Shown: positions 10,579 through 20,375, counted from the stretch's first letter. The stretch is DNA of 64,000 nt from a virus (IMGVR_UViG_3300014205_000194:28872-92871), one strand, 5' to 3'. Notes: a model not told the origin generated them from the letters alone. Numbers and translations: made by a program.

Positions 10579-10590
10579 CTGTAATATAAT
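10562..10590 (+). promoter_or_regulatory. Sigma70-type promoter for gp45
   Basis: TTGAAA-N17-TATAAT. Confidence 0.55.
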
Positions 10591-10618
10591 GTAACAACAC
10601 AATCAGCATGGAGTAATT

Positions 10619-11290
10619 ATGAACCTGAGCAAATCTACAGTAGAACTAATCAAGAACTTCGCGACGATCAACCAAGGCTTGGTTGTAAAGGAAGGAAAAT
10701 CGCTGCGAACAATTTCAACCAACAAAGCAATTCTTGCCGAGGCTACTATTGAGGAAGAATTTGATCGCGAATTCGGTATTTACGATCTACCCAAATTCCT
10801 CGGTCTTCTGTCAATGGCAAAGGATACTCCGTCTATTGAACTCGGCGATGAGTTCGTAACAGTCAATCACCCACTGGGTAAAATCCGCCAACGTTATAGC
10901 CCGACTAATCTTATCCTTTCTCCGCCTAATAAGAGCATCAACGTATCTGATTACGCAGTGGAGCTCGACCTTCCTGCCGAGAAGCTGGAGTGGATCTTCA
11001 ACGTAGCAAGCATCCTGAAGGCACCTAATATCGTTATTCGCGGCGACGAAAACGGCATCGAAATTGCTGCTATGGATGTGAAAGGCGAGATCGTAGACGA
11101 CGCGTCTACTACAGTGGATGGTAAGGCTACAACTTCGTTCCAAGCTGTGATTAAAGTGGAGAACTTGAAGTTGATCCCGGGCGATTATCAAGTAAAACTG
11201 TCTGACAAGATGGTATCTAAATTCTGTAGTGTTTCGCGTGAATTGCACTACTTCGTTGCCATTGAGAAAGATTCTTCTAAATTCCACTAA
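10619..11290 (+). CDS. 45: Sliding clamp, T4 gp45
   Basis: MNLSKSTVELIKNFATINQG, FGIYDL, ENLKLIPGDY, YFVAIE. Confidence 0.95.
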   Translation: MNLSKSTVELIKNFATINQGLVVKEGKSLRTISTNKAILAEATIEEEFDREFGIYDLPKFLGLLSMAKDTPSIELGDEFVTVNHPLGKIRQRYSPTNLILSPPNKSINVSDYAVELDLPAEKLEWIFNVASILKAPNIVIRGDENGIEIAAMDVKGEIVDDASTTVDGKATTSFQAVIKVENLKLIPGDYQVKLSDKMVSKFCSVSRELHYFVAIEKDSSKFH

Positions 11291-11307
11291 AAGAGGTTGA
11301 CTATATT

Positions 11308-11565
11308 ATGTTGCATACTCTCACCCAAGAACAACGTCGTGCCCTGAAGGGTCGCTTCGAAGAACTCAGCAATTCCATGACTCGCGTAGAATCCGAACGC
11401 GATTTGATGAAAGATATCTACAATGGAATTAAAGAGGAGTTCGAAATTCAACCAAAACTGTCTCGCAAACTGGCGAAAACTTATCATAAACGCGACATTC
11501 ACGAAGTGACGGCAGAAGCCGATGAATTGGAAGAGATCTATACTGAACTGTTTCCGACTGCATAA
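11308..11565 (+). CDS. DsbA-like double-stranded DNA-binding protein (T4 dsbA family)
   Basis: 85-aa helical protein with KLAKTYHK...EEIY pattern resembling T4 DsbA. Confidence 0.7.
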   Translation: MLHTLTQEQRRALKGRFEELSNSMTRVESERDLMKDIYNGIKEEFEIQPKLSRKLAKTYHKRDIHEVTAEADELEEIYTELFPTA

Positions 11566-11579
11566 GGAAAGTTTATATT

Positions 11580-12524
11580 ATGAATGATATTGTAGATCAA
11601 ATCTTGTGGGTGGAGAGATATCGCCCACATAAGATTTCTGATTGTATCCTCCCAGAAGATTTGAAGGATACTTTCCAGAAATATGTGGATAAGAAAGAAG
11701 TACCTAACATGATTTTGTGTGGTGGACCTGGTGTCGGAAAAACGACAATTGCTCGCGCCATGTGCGACGAAATTGGGTTGGATTATATTGTCATTAACGG
11801 TTCAGATGAATCTGGTATTGATACGCTCAGAACAAAGGTAAAAGGATTTGCCTCTTCTGTTTCTCTATACGGCGGTCGCAAAGTTATTGTGATTGACGAG
11901 GCAGATTATTTGACACATGCTGCACAAGCTGGTTTTCGTGGCGTAATCGAGGAATTTTCTTCCAATTGTTCTTTTATCTTCACGTGCAACTATAAGAATC
12001 GTATTATCGAACCACTCCATTCTCGTTGTGCTGTGATTGACTTCAAGATCAAATCGGCAGATAAGGCAAAGATGGCTTCTGGTTTTATGAAGCGAGTCCA
12101 GTATATTCTGGAGCAAGAGAAGGTTGAGTATGATCCAAAGGTTATTGCCGCTCTGATTACAAAATTCTTCCCAGACAATCGTCGCATTCTAAACGAACTG
12201 CAACGTTATTCGATTCGCGGTAAGATCGACACCGGCATCCTCGCTGCTCAGTCAGACATGAAGTTTTCTGATCTGGTTGCAGCTATGAAAGCCAAGAGTT
12301 TTGGTGAAGCGCGTAAATGGGTAACCGCCAACTATGATAATGATGCTGGTGTAATTTTCCGTCAGATTTATGATAGTCTCTATGATATCATGAAGCCCAA
12401 TAGTATTCCTATTGCTGTTGTTATTATCGGAAAGTATCAATATCAGGCTGCGTTTGCTGCCGATGGCGAAATCAATCTAATGGCTGCTATCACGGAACTG
12501 TTGTGTGAGTGTGAATTCGTATGA
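11580..12524 (+). CDS. 44: Clamp loader large subunit, T4 gp44
   Basis: LWVERYRP, GGPGVGKTT, DEAD, PLHSRC. Confidence 0.96.
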   Translation: MNDIVDQILWVERYRPHKISDCILPEDLKDTFQKYVDKKEVPNMILCGGPGVGKTTIARAMCDEIGLDYIVINGSDESGIDTLRTKVKGFASSVSLYGGRKVIVIDEADYLTHAAQAGFRGVIEEFSSNCSFIFTCNYKNRIIEPLHSRCAVIDFKIKSADKAKMASGFMKRVQYILEQEKVEYDPKVIAALITKFFPDNRRILNELQRYSIRGKIDTGILAAQSDMKFSDLVAAMKAKSFGEARKWVTANYDNDAGVIFRQIYDSLYDIMKPNSIPIAVVIIGKYQYQAAFAADGEINLMAAITELLCECEFV

Positions 12525-12904
12525 CGGATCTCTTCAAAGACATTATCCCGAGTATTATGCAGACGAAGAAACATGTCTTGGTGGATGAGTTGTCCACCAA
12601 GACATACAACTCGTTCATGGTTAATAAAAGTCTCTCTTTTCATCCAGATTGCGTCCTACAAGCGAATGAAATGAACATCAATTGGCAGTTAGATAATAAA
12701 CTCCAATATGATTATCTACTCAATAACATTCGTCCGAAGAAAAGACCTTTCGTGAAATGGGGGAAGAAAACCGAAGATTCTGATGTTGATAGCATTTGTC
12801 TGTATTTTGGGTATTCTAAACGAGCAGCGAGGGAATTGATTCAGGCAGAAGTTCTTTCTAAATCACAATTGGAGTTTATTCGTAAACAGACGACCATTGA
12901 CTAA
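12521..12904 (+). CDS. 62: Clamp loader small subunit, T4 gp62
   Basis: YNSFMVNKSLS, ANEMN, QYDYLLN, YFGYS; follows gp44. Confidence 0.92.
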   Translation: MTDLFKDIIPSIMQTKKHVLVDELSTKTYNSFMVNKSLSFHPDCVLQANEMNINWQLDNKLQYDYLLNNIRPKKRPFVKWGKKTEDSDVDSICLYFGYSKRAARELIQAEVLSKSQLEFIRKQTTID

Positions 12905-12944
12905 ATATCGTTACGAATAATAATTAGAGGTGGGGGAATTCGTA

Positions 12945-13346
12945 ATGTTAGAAAATGAGTTGTTGGAGATTGTCTTGCGTTCACCCGACGATTTCTTAAA
13001 AGTTGCCGAGACACTTACTCGGATAGGAGTTTCGTCTAGACCACAGGATGACAGTGAATTACCGGCATTATACCAATCGTGCCATATTCTACACAAAAGA
13101 CAAAAGTATTATCTGGTACATTTTAAGACGATGTTTAGGTTAGATGGCAAGCCTTCTAGTCTTTCTGAGTCCGACCTAGCGCGTAGGAATACAATTGCTA
13201 ATTTGCTGGAGGAATGGGGACTGGTAGGATTGGTTGAGAGAGTAGGAGATAATCTCGCGCCTATTTCCCAAATCAAAATTATCCCATTCAGAGACAAGGA
13301 TAAATATAAGTTGGTTTCCAAATATAGTATCGGAAAACGTAAATAG
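12945..13346 (+). CDS. regA: Translational repressor RegA
   Basis: DDFLKVAETLTRIG, LYQSCHILHK, YYLVHFK, RRNTIA. Confidence 0.95.
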   Translation: MLENELLEIVLRSPDDFLKVAETLTRIGVSSRPQDDSELPALYQSCHILHKRQKYYLVHFKTMFRLDGKPSSLSESDLARRNTIANLLEEWGLVGLVERVGDNLAPISQIKIIPFRDKDKYKLVSKYSIGKRK

Positions 13347-13435
13347 AATATTTCTGGCGCGGATTATTCTGGTCAGATTATACAGCTGGGAGTCTGTATA
13401 AACCTCCTATAGTAGACGCCTTCGGGGTCAAATAA

Positions 13436-13454
13436 CTCGCTTTAATTAAAGGAG
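13436..13454 (+). promoter_or_regulatory. ROSE-like RNA thermometer hairpin sequestering the hsp20 SD
   Basis: CUCGCUUU-AAUU-AAAGGAG with the UCGCU motif and a bulged G opposite the SD. Confidence 0.65.
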
Positions 13455-13463
13455 CATATCTAT

Positions 13464-13868
13464 ATGTTTACATCTAATAGTCTTAATACATTCCATGATG
13501 CTGTTATGAAAAATCTTTCTCCAGAAAGATTCGAGTATAATGGGTTCCCGTCATATAACATAGTGAGCCTCGATGAGAATTCATATTCTATTGAGCTTGC
13601 GGTTGCTGGGTATACCAAAGACGACATTACTATTCAACTCCTGGAAGGTAATAAACTCAGTATAGAGGGGGCCAAGGTAGATCGTCTCGGGGATAAACGC
13701 GAATATCTTCACCACGGGCTTACTAATAAGAAGTTCAACCGGACTTTCAATTTGAACCAAAACATTGTAGTCGAATCCAGTTCGCTTGTTGATGGTATTC
13801 TTGAGATTAAATTAAAATATGTTGCACCAGAAAGCAAAAAGGCGAGGACGATTAAAATCAATGGATAA
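13464..13868 (+). CDS. hsp20: Small heat shock protein Hsp20 (IbpA-like)
   Basis: FPSYNI, IELAVAGY, YLHHGL, DGILEI. Confidence 0.93.
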   Translation: MFTSNSLNTFHDAVMKNLSPERFEYNGFPSYNIVSLDENSYSIELAVAGYTKDDITIQLLEGNKLSIEGAKVDRLGDKREYLHHGLTNKKFNRTFNLNQNIVVESSSLVDGILEIKLKYVAPESKKARTIKING

Positions 13869-14301
13869 ATTTGACTTGCTATATTATGACATCGCAGAGA
13901 GGGTCGCCACCCTCTCTCACGCCAACCGGCTCAAGGTCGGTTCGGTTATCGTAAAAGATAACCGAATCTTATCTTATGGGTACAATGGATCACCAAGAGG
14001 CTTTGATAATGCATGCGAGCACGAAGTAAATGGGGAGATGGTAACCAAGCCGGAAGTCATTCACTCTGAGATGAATGCTCTAATGAAAGTTGCCGCTTCC
14101 CACGATAATACTCGAGGGGCTTCTATGTATATCACTCACTCTCCTTGTGTAGAATGTGCCAAAGCCATCCTACAGTCTGGTATAAAGGAAGTTAATTATA
14201 TAACTCATTATCGCTCTACCCACGTGGTCGCTTTGTTACTAGCTGGTGGCGTATCTGTCAATAGTAAAGATGGTACTGTTCTTTCGACCCAATATAACTA
14301 A
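13861..14301 (+). CDS. cd: dCMP deaminase
   Basis: GYNG, HSEMNA, SPCVECAK. Confidence 0.92.
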   Translation: MDKFDLLYYDIAERVATLSHANRLKVGSVIVKDNRILSYGYNGSPRGFDNACEHEVNGEMVTKPEVIHSEMNALMKVAASHDNTRGASMYITHSPCVECAKAILQSGIKEVNYITHYRSTHVVALLLAGGVSVNSKDGTVLSTQYN

Positions 14302-14314
14302 ACTGTATAAGAAT

Positions 14315-14367
14315 GAACTCTAATAGAATCAAGCACTTAGCGTAAGTTGTTGATTTTGTTGGAGGTT
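14315..14367. repeat. 53-bp imperfect palindrome (copy 2) upstream of an early promoter
   Basis: AATCAAGCACTTA-GCG-TAAGTTGTTGATT core; TATAAT at 14397-14402; shares downstream AGTAAGTAATCC with copy 1. Confidence 0.8.
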
Positions 14368-14440
14368 TAATACTATACTTCTGGCCCTAATAGCAATATA
14401 ATGGTGGTATAGAGTAAGTAATCCAACAAGGACAACTGCT

Positions 14441-14665
14441 ATGAAACTGGTTGAAGTCACGAAGGAAAATATCTGGCAAGTGAGTCAAGACCAGGCATTT
14501 GAGTGGGTTAAAACTGGCGAATGGGACTTGAAAATATTCGAAGCCTGGGTTGATACTATCAAAGAGGATCAGTACCAGTGTGGTTATGACAGCGGCTTTA
14601 ATTCTGGATACTACCAGGCCAGCGAAGCCATCGCCGCCCGATGTCTCATAAGTGAGGGAATATAA
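14441..14665 (+). CDS. Hypothetical early protein
   Basis: ORF with AAGGA RBS behind the promoter cassette. Confidence 0.7.
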   Translation: MKLVEVTKENIWQVSQDQAFEWVKTGEWDLKIFEAWVDTIKEDQYQCGYDSGFNSGYYQASEAIAARCLISEGI

Positions 14666-14666
14666 A

Positions 14667-14843
14667 ATGTCCACTAAACCAATCAATACCAATATTGTCG
14701 AAGATTTGATTCGTCTCAGAGATGAACTTGGTGCTCGCGCATTCACAATGGGCGGTAGGGTTCAAAACGATAACCTCGCAGAAGTTGTATATAAGATAAA
14801 TTCTTGTTTATATAAGGGATATCCGAAGAGAGTCGAGCGATGA
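14667..14843 (+). CDS. Hypothetical protein
   Basis: Small ORF in a coupled run, GAGGG RBS. Confidence 0.6.
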   Translation: MSTKPINTNIVEDLIRLRDELGARAFTMGGRVQNDNLAEVVYKINSCLYKGYPKRVER

Positions 14844-15046
14844 GTAACAAGCTCGAGATAGTTGTATCTGGGTATGAGTCAGAGCTGGAAGAATTCAAGA
14901 ATTCTGGCGATTTGTATAATAATTTATATGATGTTCTCTATGAGCATTATTTAAATAATGGCGAGATGCCATATAGCATCGCCAAGGCACGCACTGGTGA
15001 CCCATATACCTGGGTATGTGAGAAACTCGAACGGGATATAAGATGA
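14840..15046 (+). CDS. Hypothetical protein
   Basis: ATGA overlap with upstream ORF; GEMPYSIAKARTGDPY motif. Confidence 0.7.
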   Translation: MSNKLEIVVSGYESELEEFKNSGDLYNNLYDVLYEHYLNNGEMPYSIAKARTGDPYTWVCEKLERDIR

Positions 15047-15231
15047 GAGCTAAAATTCACCGTCCTATTCCTGAGCTCGGTGATAACTGGTATGGAGACT
15101 GCCCGGTTAGGGTCGTTACTGTGGATAGGATTATCGGTGAATGGGCTGATATATTTGTTAGTGGAATTTGTATAGAAGTTCCGCGATCTTGTCTATTTGA
15201 TATTGAGTATGAAAATGAAAACGATGCTTGA
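15043..15231 (+). CDS. Hypothetical protein
   Basis: ATGA-coupled small ORF. Confidence 0.6.
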   Translation: MRAKIHRPIPELGDNWYGDCPVRVVTVDRIIGEWADIFVSGICIEVPRSCLFDIEYENENDA

Positions 15232-15331
15232 ATTTATTGTATATGCTGTTATAATTATTGCAATTGGCGGGGCAATTTCCGCCGTGGTTGATTATAAAAC
15301 GAAATATGCAACATACGAGAGTCTAAAATGA
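15224..15331 (+). CDS. Small membrane peptide (35 aa)
   Basis: MLEFIVYAVIIIAIGGAISAVV...; fills the gap and its stop overlaps the next ATG. Confidence 0.5.
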   Translation: MLEFIVYAVIIIAIGGAISAVVDYKTKYATYESLK

Positions 15332-16188
15332 AAATAGCATATTGTTCTGATATCCATCTAGAATTTGGCGATATTGAACTATTCAATGATGAACAAGCGG
15401 ATGTATTGATCCTCGCTGGCGATATCTGCGTCGCCAAAGACTTGCTGGAATTTATTCCAGATAGTGGTCGAATTCAAACTTGCAGAATGACCACTAAAAG
15501 TAACCTAATTCATATGTTCTTCCAGCGATGTGCTACAAGGTTTCCGCATGTACTTTATGTCGTCGGAAACCACGAACACTATCATGGCGACCTGTCGACT
15601 ACAGTTTATCATCTGAAAGAACATTTGAGCTACCTTGAAAATCTGCATATCCTGGATAAAGAGTGTATTAAGTTTAATGATATTACATTTATTGGTTCTA
15701 CTCTTTGGACAGATATGAACAAAGAAGATCCCGTTACTCTACATGCTATTAAAGATATGATGGCTGATTTCCGAGTCATTCGAAATAAAAACAAGCTGGC
15801 TGTTGATTTGGTTAATCGAGATAATTTGACTGCCCCATTGCTGAAGCCTATTGATACGGTAGAAGAACATCGCAGAAGCCTGGATTACATTCGTCAGATT
15901 GTTGCTGAACGACACAATGAAAAATTTGTGGTAGTCGGGCACCATTCGCCAAGTTTTATGAGTGTTGCCAAGAAATACTATGATTCTGGGCTTATGAATG
16001 GCGCATATCATTCCGATTTGTCTGAGTTTATCCTAGATAGACCACAAATTAAACTCTGGATTATGGGACACACGCACGAACCGTTTGACTATATGATTGG
16101 AGATACTAGAATTCTTTGTAATCCTCGTGGATATTGTGGCCATGAGATGCGAGCCGTGGAATTTGAATTGAAATACATTGAGGTATAA
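15328..16188 (+). CDS. Calcineurin-like metallophosphoesterase
   Basis: SDIHLE, AGDI, GNHEHY, GHTH, NPRGY. Confidence 0.9.
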   Translation: MKIAYCSDIHLEFGDIELFNDEQADVLILAGDICVAKDLLEFIPDSGRIQTCRMTTKSNLIHMFFQRCATRFPHVLYVVGNHEHYHGDLSTTVYHLKEHLSYLENLHILDKECIKFNDITFIGSTLWTDMNKEDPVTLHAIKDMMADFRVIRNKNKLAVDLVNRDNLTAPLLKPIDTVEEHRRSLDYIRQIVAERHNEKFVVVGHHSPSFMSVAKKYYDSGLMNGAYHSDLSEFILDRPQIKLWIMGHTHEPFDYMIGDTRILCNPRGYCGHEMRAVEFELKYIEV

Positions 16189-16190
16189 CC

Positions 16191-16403
16191 ATGCCAATAT
16201 ATGAAGTTATTACCGTCGAGATGATTAAGAACGTATATTTAATCGAAGCTAAGGAAGAAGGTCACGCGAAGGATGTTGTGACAATGAAGGAGGCTCTACT
16301 CTCTGATGGAGTAGAATATTTGGATGAAGTTATTATTTCTGTTAGTGAAACTAACGAGTTCGCTGGCGATTTGGTGTATAGGATTGAATATGAAAAAGAA
16401 TAA
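16191..16403 (+). CDS. Hypothetical protein
   Basis: ORF with GAGGT RBS. Confidence 0.65.
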   Translation: MPIYEVITVEMIKNVYLIEAKEEGHAKDVVTMKEALLSDGVEYLDEVIISVSETNEFAGDLVYRIEYEKE

Positions 16404-16587
16404 TTCATTCGAAAAAGATTTAGTTATATATCAAAAAGCCAAACGCATTATCGATAGCATAAAAACCCCAGCGCAGCGTCGTATAGCCGACATTTGGTTT
16501 TCCCGAGCATATAATACAGTCAATGACTACGTTATTAAAGTTGAAATAGATTTAATGCAAACGAGCATGTGGAGATTGTTGCTGTGA
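16390..16587 (+). CDS. Hypothetical protein
   Basis: Small ORF in a coupled run. Confidence 0.55.
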   Translation: MKKNNSFEKDLVIYQKAKRIIDSIKTPAQRRIADIWFSRAYNTVNDYVIKVEIDLMQTSMWRLLL

Positions 16588-17357
16588 ATATAAAACCGAT
16601 GATAACCGTAATTACAGGAACGGTTGGGCATCCTATGCTCACCCGGAATATTGAGAGTGTATATGATCAGGTCGGTGATTATAACATTCAACATCTAATT
16701 TTTATCGATGGACCCGAACGAACTAAGGCTACTCAGAGAGCCATTGATATGGCTCTAATCCAAGATAGCCCGACCTATCGTCAAGATATCATTCAACTCC
16801 CATATTCGGTCGGCAAAGATCGCTGGAATGGTCATAGGATGATGGCTGCTGGTTGCTATTTGGCAGACGGCGATTATATTGTATTTTTGGATGACGATAA
16901 TACTCTATTGAATTGTCATTTCCAGTCATGTATAGAAACCCTAGAACGAACTGGTGCTGATTGGACATATTCATTCAGGAATATAGTCGATTCAGAAGAA
17001 AATTGGCTGTGTCAAGATAACTGCGAGTCTCTTGGAATTTGGCCATCTGTGTTATCCGCACCAAATAACAATGATCATTTTGTCGACGTCAATTGTTATT
17101 TCTTGAAACGAAATGTTGCTGTATCTACATCACCGTGTTGGTTCCGAAAATTCCGAGAACCGGGTCAGGCAGAAGTGGATCGAGTCTTGTGCCAAACTTT
17201 GTTACATCATTTTCCGAAGGTTGCACCGACACAATTATATACAGTAAACTACATGGTAGGAAATACACCAAATTCAGTACAGGCAGAATTTTTTACTGCT
17301 GGTAATGAAGAGATGTTACGTCGTTATAATAATAAATTACCGTGGAAACTGTATTGA
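16569..17357 (+). CDS. Glycosyltransferase family 2
   Basis: ITVITGT, FIDG, FLDDDN (DxD). Confidence 0.85.
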   Translation: MEIVAVNIKPMITVITGTVGHPMLTRNIESVYDQVGDYNIQHLIFIDGPERTKATQRAIDMALIQDSPTYRQDIIQLPYSVGKDRWNGHRMMAAGCYLADGDYIVFLDDDNTLLNCHFQSCIETLERTGADWTYSFRNIVDSEENWLCQDNCESLGIWPSVLSAPNNNDHFVDVNCYFLKRNVAVSTSPCWFRKFREPGQAEVDRVLCQTLLHHFPKVAPTQLYTVNYMVGNTPNSVQAEFFTAGNEEMLRRYNNKLPWKLY

Positions 17358-17366
17358 GGGTGTGTT

Positions 17367-18218
17367 TTGGAAAAGACTCTAGTATGTATTATTGGTCAGG
17401 CGCGTGAAGACAAGTATGTCTGGGATAATTGGAAGCAATATCTTCTTGGTCCATTAAACGCAGACCTTGCCGTCTGTATCTCAGACGCAGGTATAGATTT
17501 ATCCAACAACCTGTTTATAGAAAATTCGACATATCAATGGATAGTGAATGAACCAACGGATTGGATTGCTGCGTTTGATGACGAGTCTCGTCGACATTAT
17601 AACAATGATTCATGGAAGGATCTTCTATCAGTACCAGATAATTGGATTTCTCCGCTCAATGGTTCCCGCGGCGCTGGCGGCATTCTAATCTTTTTTAGGT
17701 GGTTGCTTCTCGAGAATCTGGAACTGTCGAATATATTTGATGAGTATGATAGAGTAATTGTTACTAGATCAGACTACATGTTCACTTGCCCACATCCGCC
17801 GATGGAACTACTAGACAAGAAATATGTTTGGGTCCCTAATGGTGAACACTATGGCGGTATTACCGATCGCTACGCTGTTCTATCCAAAGAGAACTATAGG
17901 GGATATTTGAATATCTTCAAACGTATGTGCTGCGACACACAGGATATGTTAAACTTCTGGTCTACGGTGCCATGCCATCAAAACCTAGAACAAGCGGTAA
18001 GGTATACGGTTTTATCTGAATTGGGTGAAGATTCTGTTCGAGAGTTTCCATTTATCATGTACTCGATTAGAACAGAAGGGACAGAGACAAGATGGGCACC
18101 CGGTTATTGGAATGATGAATTACAATGCTATATCAAATATCCAACCGAACATGCTTTAGCAAAACAAATGGAGACTATATACAAAACTACAGAAGATTGG
18201 TATAATATTAAATTTTGA
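17367..18218 (+). CDS. Putative glycosyltransferase-like protein
   Basis: CIIGQAR, YDRVIVTRSD, GGITDR; lies in the sugar cluster. Confidence 0.55.
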   Translation: MEKTLVCIIGQAREDKYVWDNWKQYLLGPLNADLAVCISDAGIDLSNNLFIENSTYQWIVNEPTDWIAAFDDESRRHYNNDSWKDLLSVPDNWISPLNGSRGAGGILIFFRWLLLENLELSNIFDEYDRVIVTRSDYMFTCPHPPMELLDKKYVWVPNGEHYGGITDRYAVLSKENYRGYLNIFKRMCCDTQDMLNFWSTVPCHQNLEQAVRYTVLSELGEDSVREFPFIMYSIRTEGTETRWAPGYWNDELQCYIKYPTEHALAKQMETIYKTTEDWYNIKF

Positions 18219-18225
18219 GGTTGTT

Positions 18226-19383
18226 ATGGAAAAAATTCTTGATTTAGGCATGCATCCTTATGCGGATTCGTTCATTGCAGAGGACCAATTACATCTCCCC
18301 GAACCAGTATATCCGCTAGAATTATATTTAGATAAATCGACCGGACTCATTAAAAATGGCATTATTAATAGTGCCAATGATAGATATAATCAATACAAAT
18401 ATAGCTATACTTCTAGCAATTCTAAAACATCCAGGGATCACTGGGATTCTTATGCCTCTTATGTGAAAGAAAAATATCCAGAAGCGATGTTCGTCGTCGA
18501 GGTCGGTAGTAATGATGGATATTTGATTGGACAATTTGAGAATCGACTTGGCATTGATATATCGAAGGAAATGGTAAATATTGCCAATAAAAACGCCATT
18601 CCGACTGTACTTTTGGATTTTACGTTTGACAATGTAAAACGGACCTTTTGTGAGCAGAAGGTTGACATTATTATCGCCAACAATGTTCTCAACCATGCTA
18701 ATGATCCGTTCGATTTTGTTGCCGGTGTTTCCGCTCTTCTATCAGACAACGGGACATTTATATTCGAAGTTCCTTGTTGGGGCGAAATGATACGGACCTG
18801 TAATATTGACATGGTGTATCACGAACATACCTATTATTACACGCTCACCAGCATCAACAATTTACTACAAACTGCTGGTCTTGTTATCACCGATTATTCG
18901 ATTGTTAATTATCATGGTAAGAGTTTCAGGGTAGAATGTAAAAAATATCACGAAGGTATAGAACCGGCATTTAATTTGACTCTAGATTTAATGGTGGAAG
19001 ATATTAGTGGGTTGTTTGATGTTAATCATTATAAGCAAGTTCAAGAAACTATTACTAGACGACGCAATGAGTGGCTAATTAAATTCTATTCTATCTTGAT
19101 GTTGGATCCAGATGCCGTTATAATTGGAGTTGGTGCAGCAGCAAAAGCAAATACCTGGTTAAACTGGCATAGATTGGATAAGACATTAATCAACTGCATT
19201 ACCGATTCATCCGAATATAAATTAGGAAAATATACGCCGCTTTCCAGGATTCCCATCGTATCAGATGAGGAATTTGCCAAGCACGAATCTCCGTATGCTT
19301 TGATAATGAGCTGGAATATCGGAGAAGAACTGAAGAAGAAGATTTTAGAAATTAACCCAAATACGAGGTTTATTACACAATGA
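18226..19383 (+). CDS. NDP-sugar C-methyltransferase family protein
   Basis: LDLGMHPYADSF, EVGSNDG, ANNVLNH, YHEH, GAAAKAN, SWN. Confidence 0.88.
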   Translation: MEKILDLGMHPYADSFIAEDQLHLPEPVYPLELYLDKSTGLIKNGIINSANDRYNQYKYSYTSSNSKTSRDHWDSYASYVKEKYPEAMFVVEVGSNDGYLIGQFENRLGIDISKEMVNIANKNAIPTVLLDFTFDNVKRTFCEQKVDIIIANNVLNHANDPFDFVAGVSALLSDNGTFIFEVPCWGEMIRTCNIDMVYHEHTYYYTLTSINNLLQTAGLVITDYSIVNYHGKSFRVECKKYHEGIEPAFNLTLDLMVEDISGLFDVNHYKQVQETITRRRNEWLIKFYSILMLDPDAVIIGVGAAAKANTWLNWHRLDKTLINCITDSSEYKLGKYTPLSRIPIVSDEEFAKHESPYALIMSWNIGEELKKKILEINPNTRFITQ

Positions 19384-20366
19384 AGAAATACAACATTAAA
19401 ACGGATAGCGTAGAAGGACTCGGGTCTTTCGTAGATACTCGCGGATCTATCTACGACATTTTCTCCAAAATGCCTATGGACCACGCATGTCTAATCACCT
19501 CAAATCCCAACGAAGTCCGCGGCAACCACTATCATAAAGAAACCGTCCAATATACATTCATTATTAGTGGTAAGATGGAATATCGAACCGCCGATATCGG
19601 AGACGTTCCTGGTGCATATCATTCAGTTGAGTGTCATCCGGGCGATTTTATTATTAGTGACCCGAACGAAATTCATGCGATGAAAGCTGGGTTCGATGGG
19701 TGTACTTTTATCGCCTTCGCTGCTGGCACTCGAGGTGGAGTGGATTACGAAAAGGACACATATCGCATCAATCGTTCATTATTCGACCCCACACCAATCC
19801 CGGTTGCCATTGTGTTTGGTGCGAATGGATATTTAGGTAAAGGAGTTGCTGATGAATTAGAGAAGACGCATAGGGTCATTCGAGATACATTTCACTATCA
19901 AACATCACCGCTGGATTCTTGGCAATTAGTCTCAAACACGATTGATCACTACAAGCCATCATTGATCGTAAACTGTACTGGTATTTTCCTTAATAATGAT
20001 TATGGGCGTTATACAGACACATTCGATGCAAACTATGGTACCAATTGGGCGATTGTTAATCACTTCATTGATTATAAAAATTCTGCTTGTAAGATTATTA
20101 TGGTAGGTTCTAGTTGCTATAATCAACCACGCCGCGATTATATGAATTATGCTGCCAGTAAAGCCGCCCTCAATAGTCTATGGGAAAGTGCATCGGAATA
20201 TTTTGATGGTACCGATGTTAGTTTTAGTATTATTAATCCACCGAAAATTAAATATAGTCCAATGGGGTCGGCTGGTGGTTCGATGGGGCGGATTGACTTA
20301 GGAGAACTTGTAAGATTTATTATGGGTCTGTCTATTAGAAAGCAACAAGAACGTCTGGATTATTGA
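19380..20366 (+). CDS. Cupin (sugar isomerase/epimerase) fused to a short-chain dehydrogenase
   Basis: N-terminal DTRG...RGNHYH cupin; C-terminal GANGYLG and YAASK SDR motifs. Confidence 0.8.
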   Translation: MKKYNIKTDSVEGLGSFVDTRGSIYDIFSKMPMDHACLITSNPNEVRGNHYHKETVQYTFIISGKMEYRTADIGDVPGAYHSVECHPGDFIISDPNEIHAMKAGFDGCTFIAFAAGTRGGVDYEKDTYRINRSLFDPTPIPVAIVFGANGYLGKGVADELEKTHRVIRDTFHYQTSPLDSWQLVSNTIDHYKPSLIVNCTGIFLNNDYGRYTDTFDANYGTNWAIVNHFIDYKNSACKIIMVGSSCYNQPRRDYMNYAASKAALNSLWESASEYFDGTDVSFSIINPPKIKYSPMGSAGGSMGRIDLGELVRFIMGLSIRKQQERLDY

Positions 20367-20375
20367 GGAGAACAT

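Noticed and set aside
13378-13410. preQ1 or SAM riboswitch in the hsp20 leader
   Set aside because: It lacks the conserved ligand-binding nucleotides and A-rich tail I would expect, and the gene context does not fit
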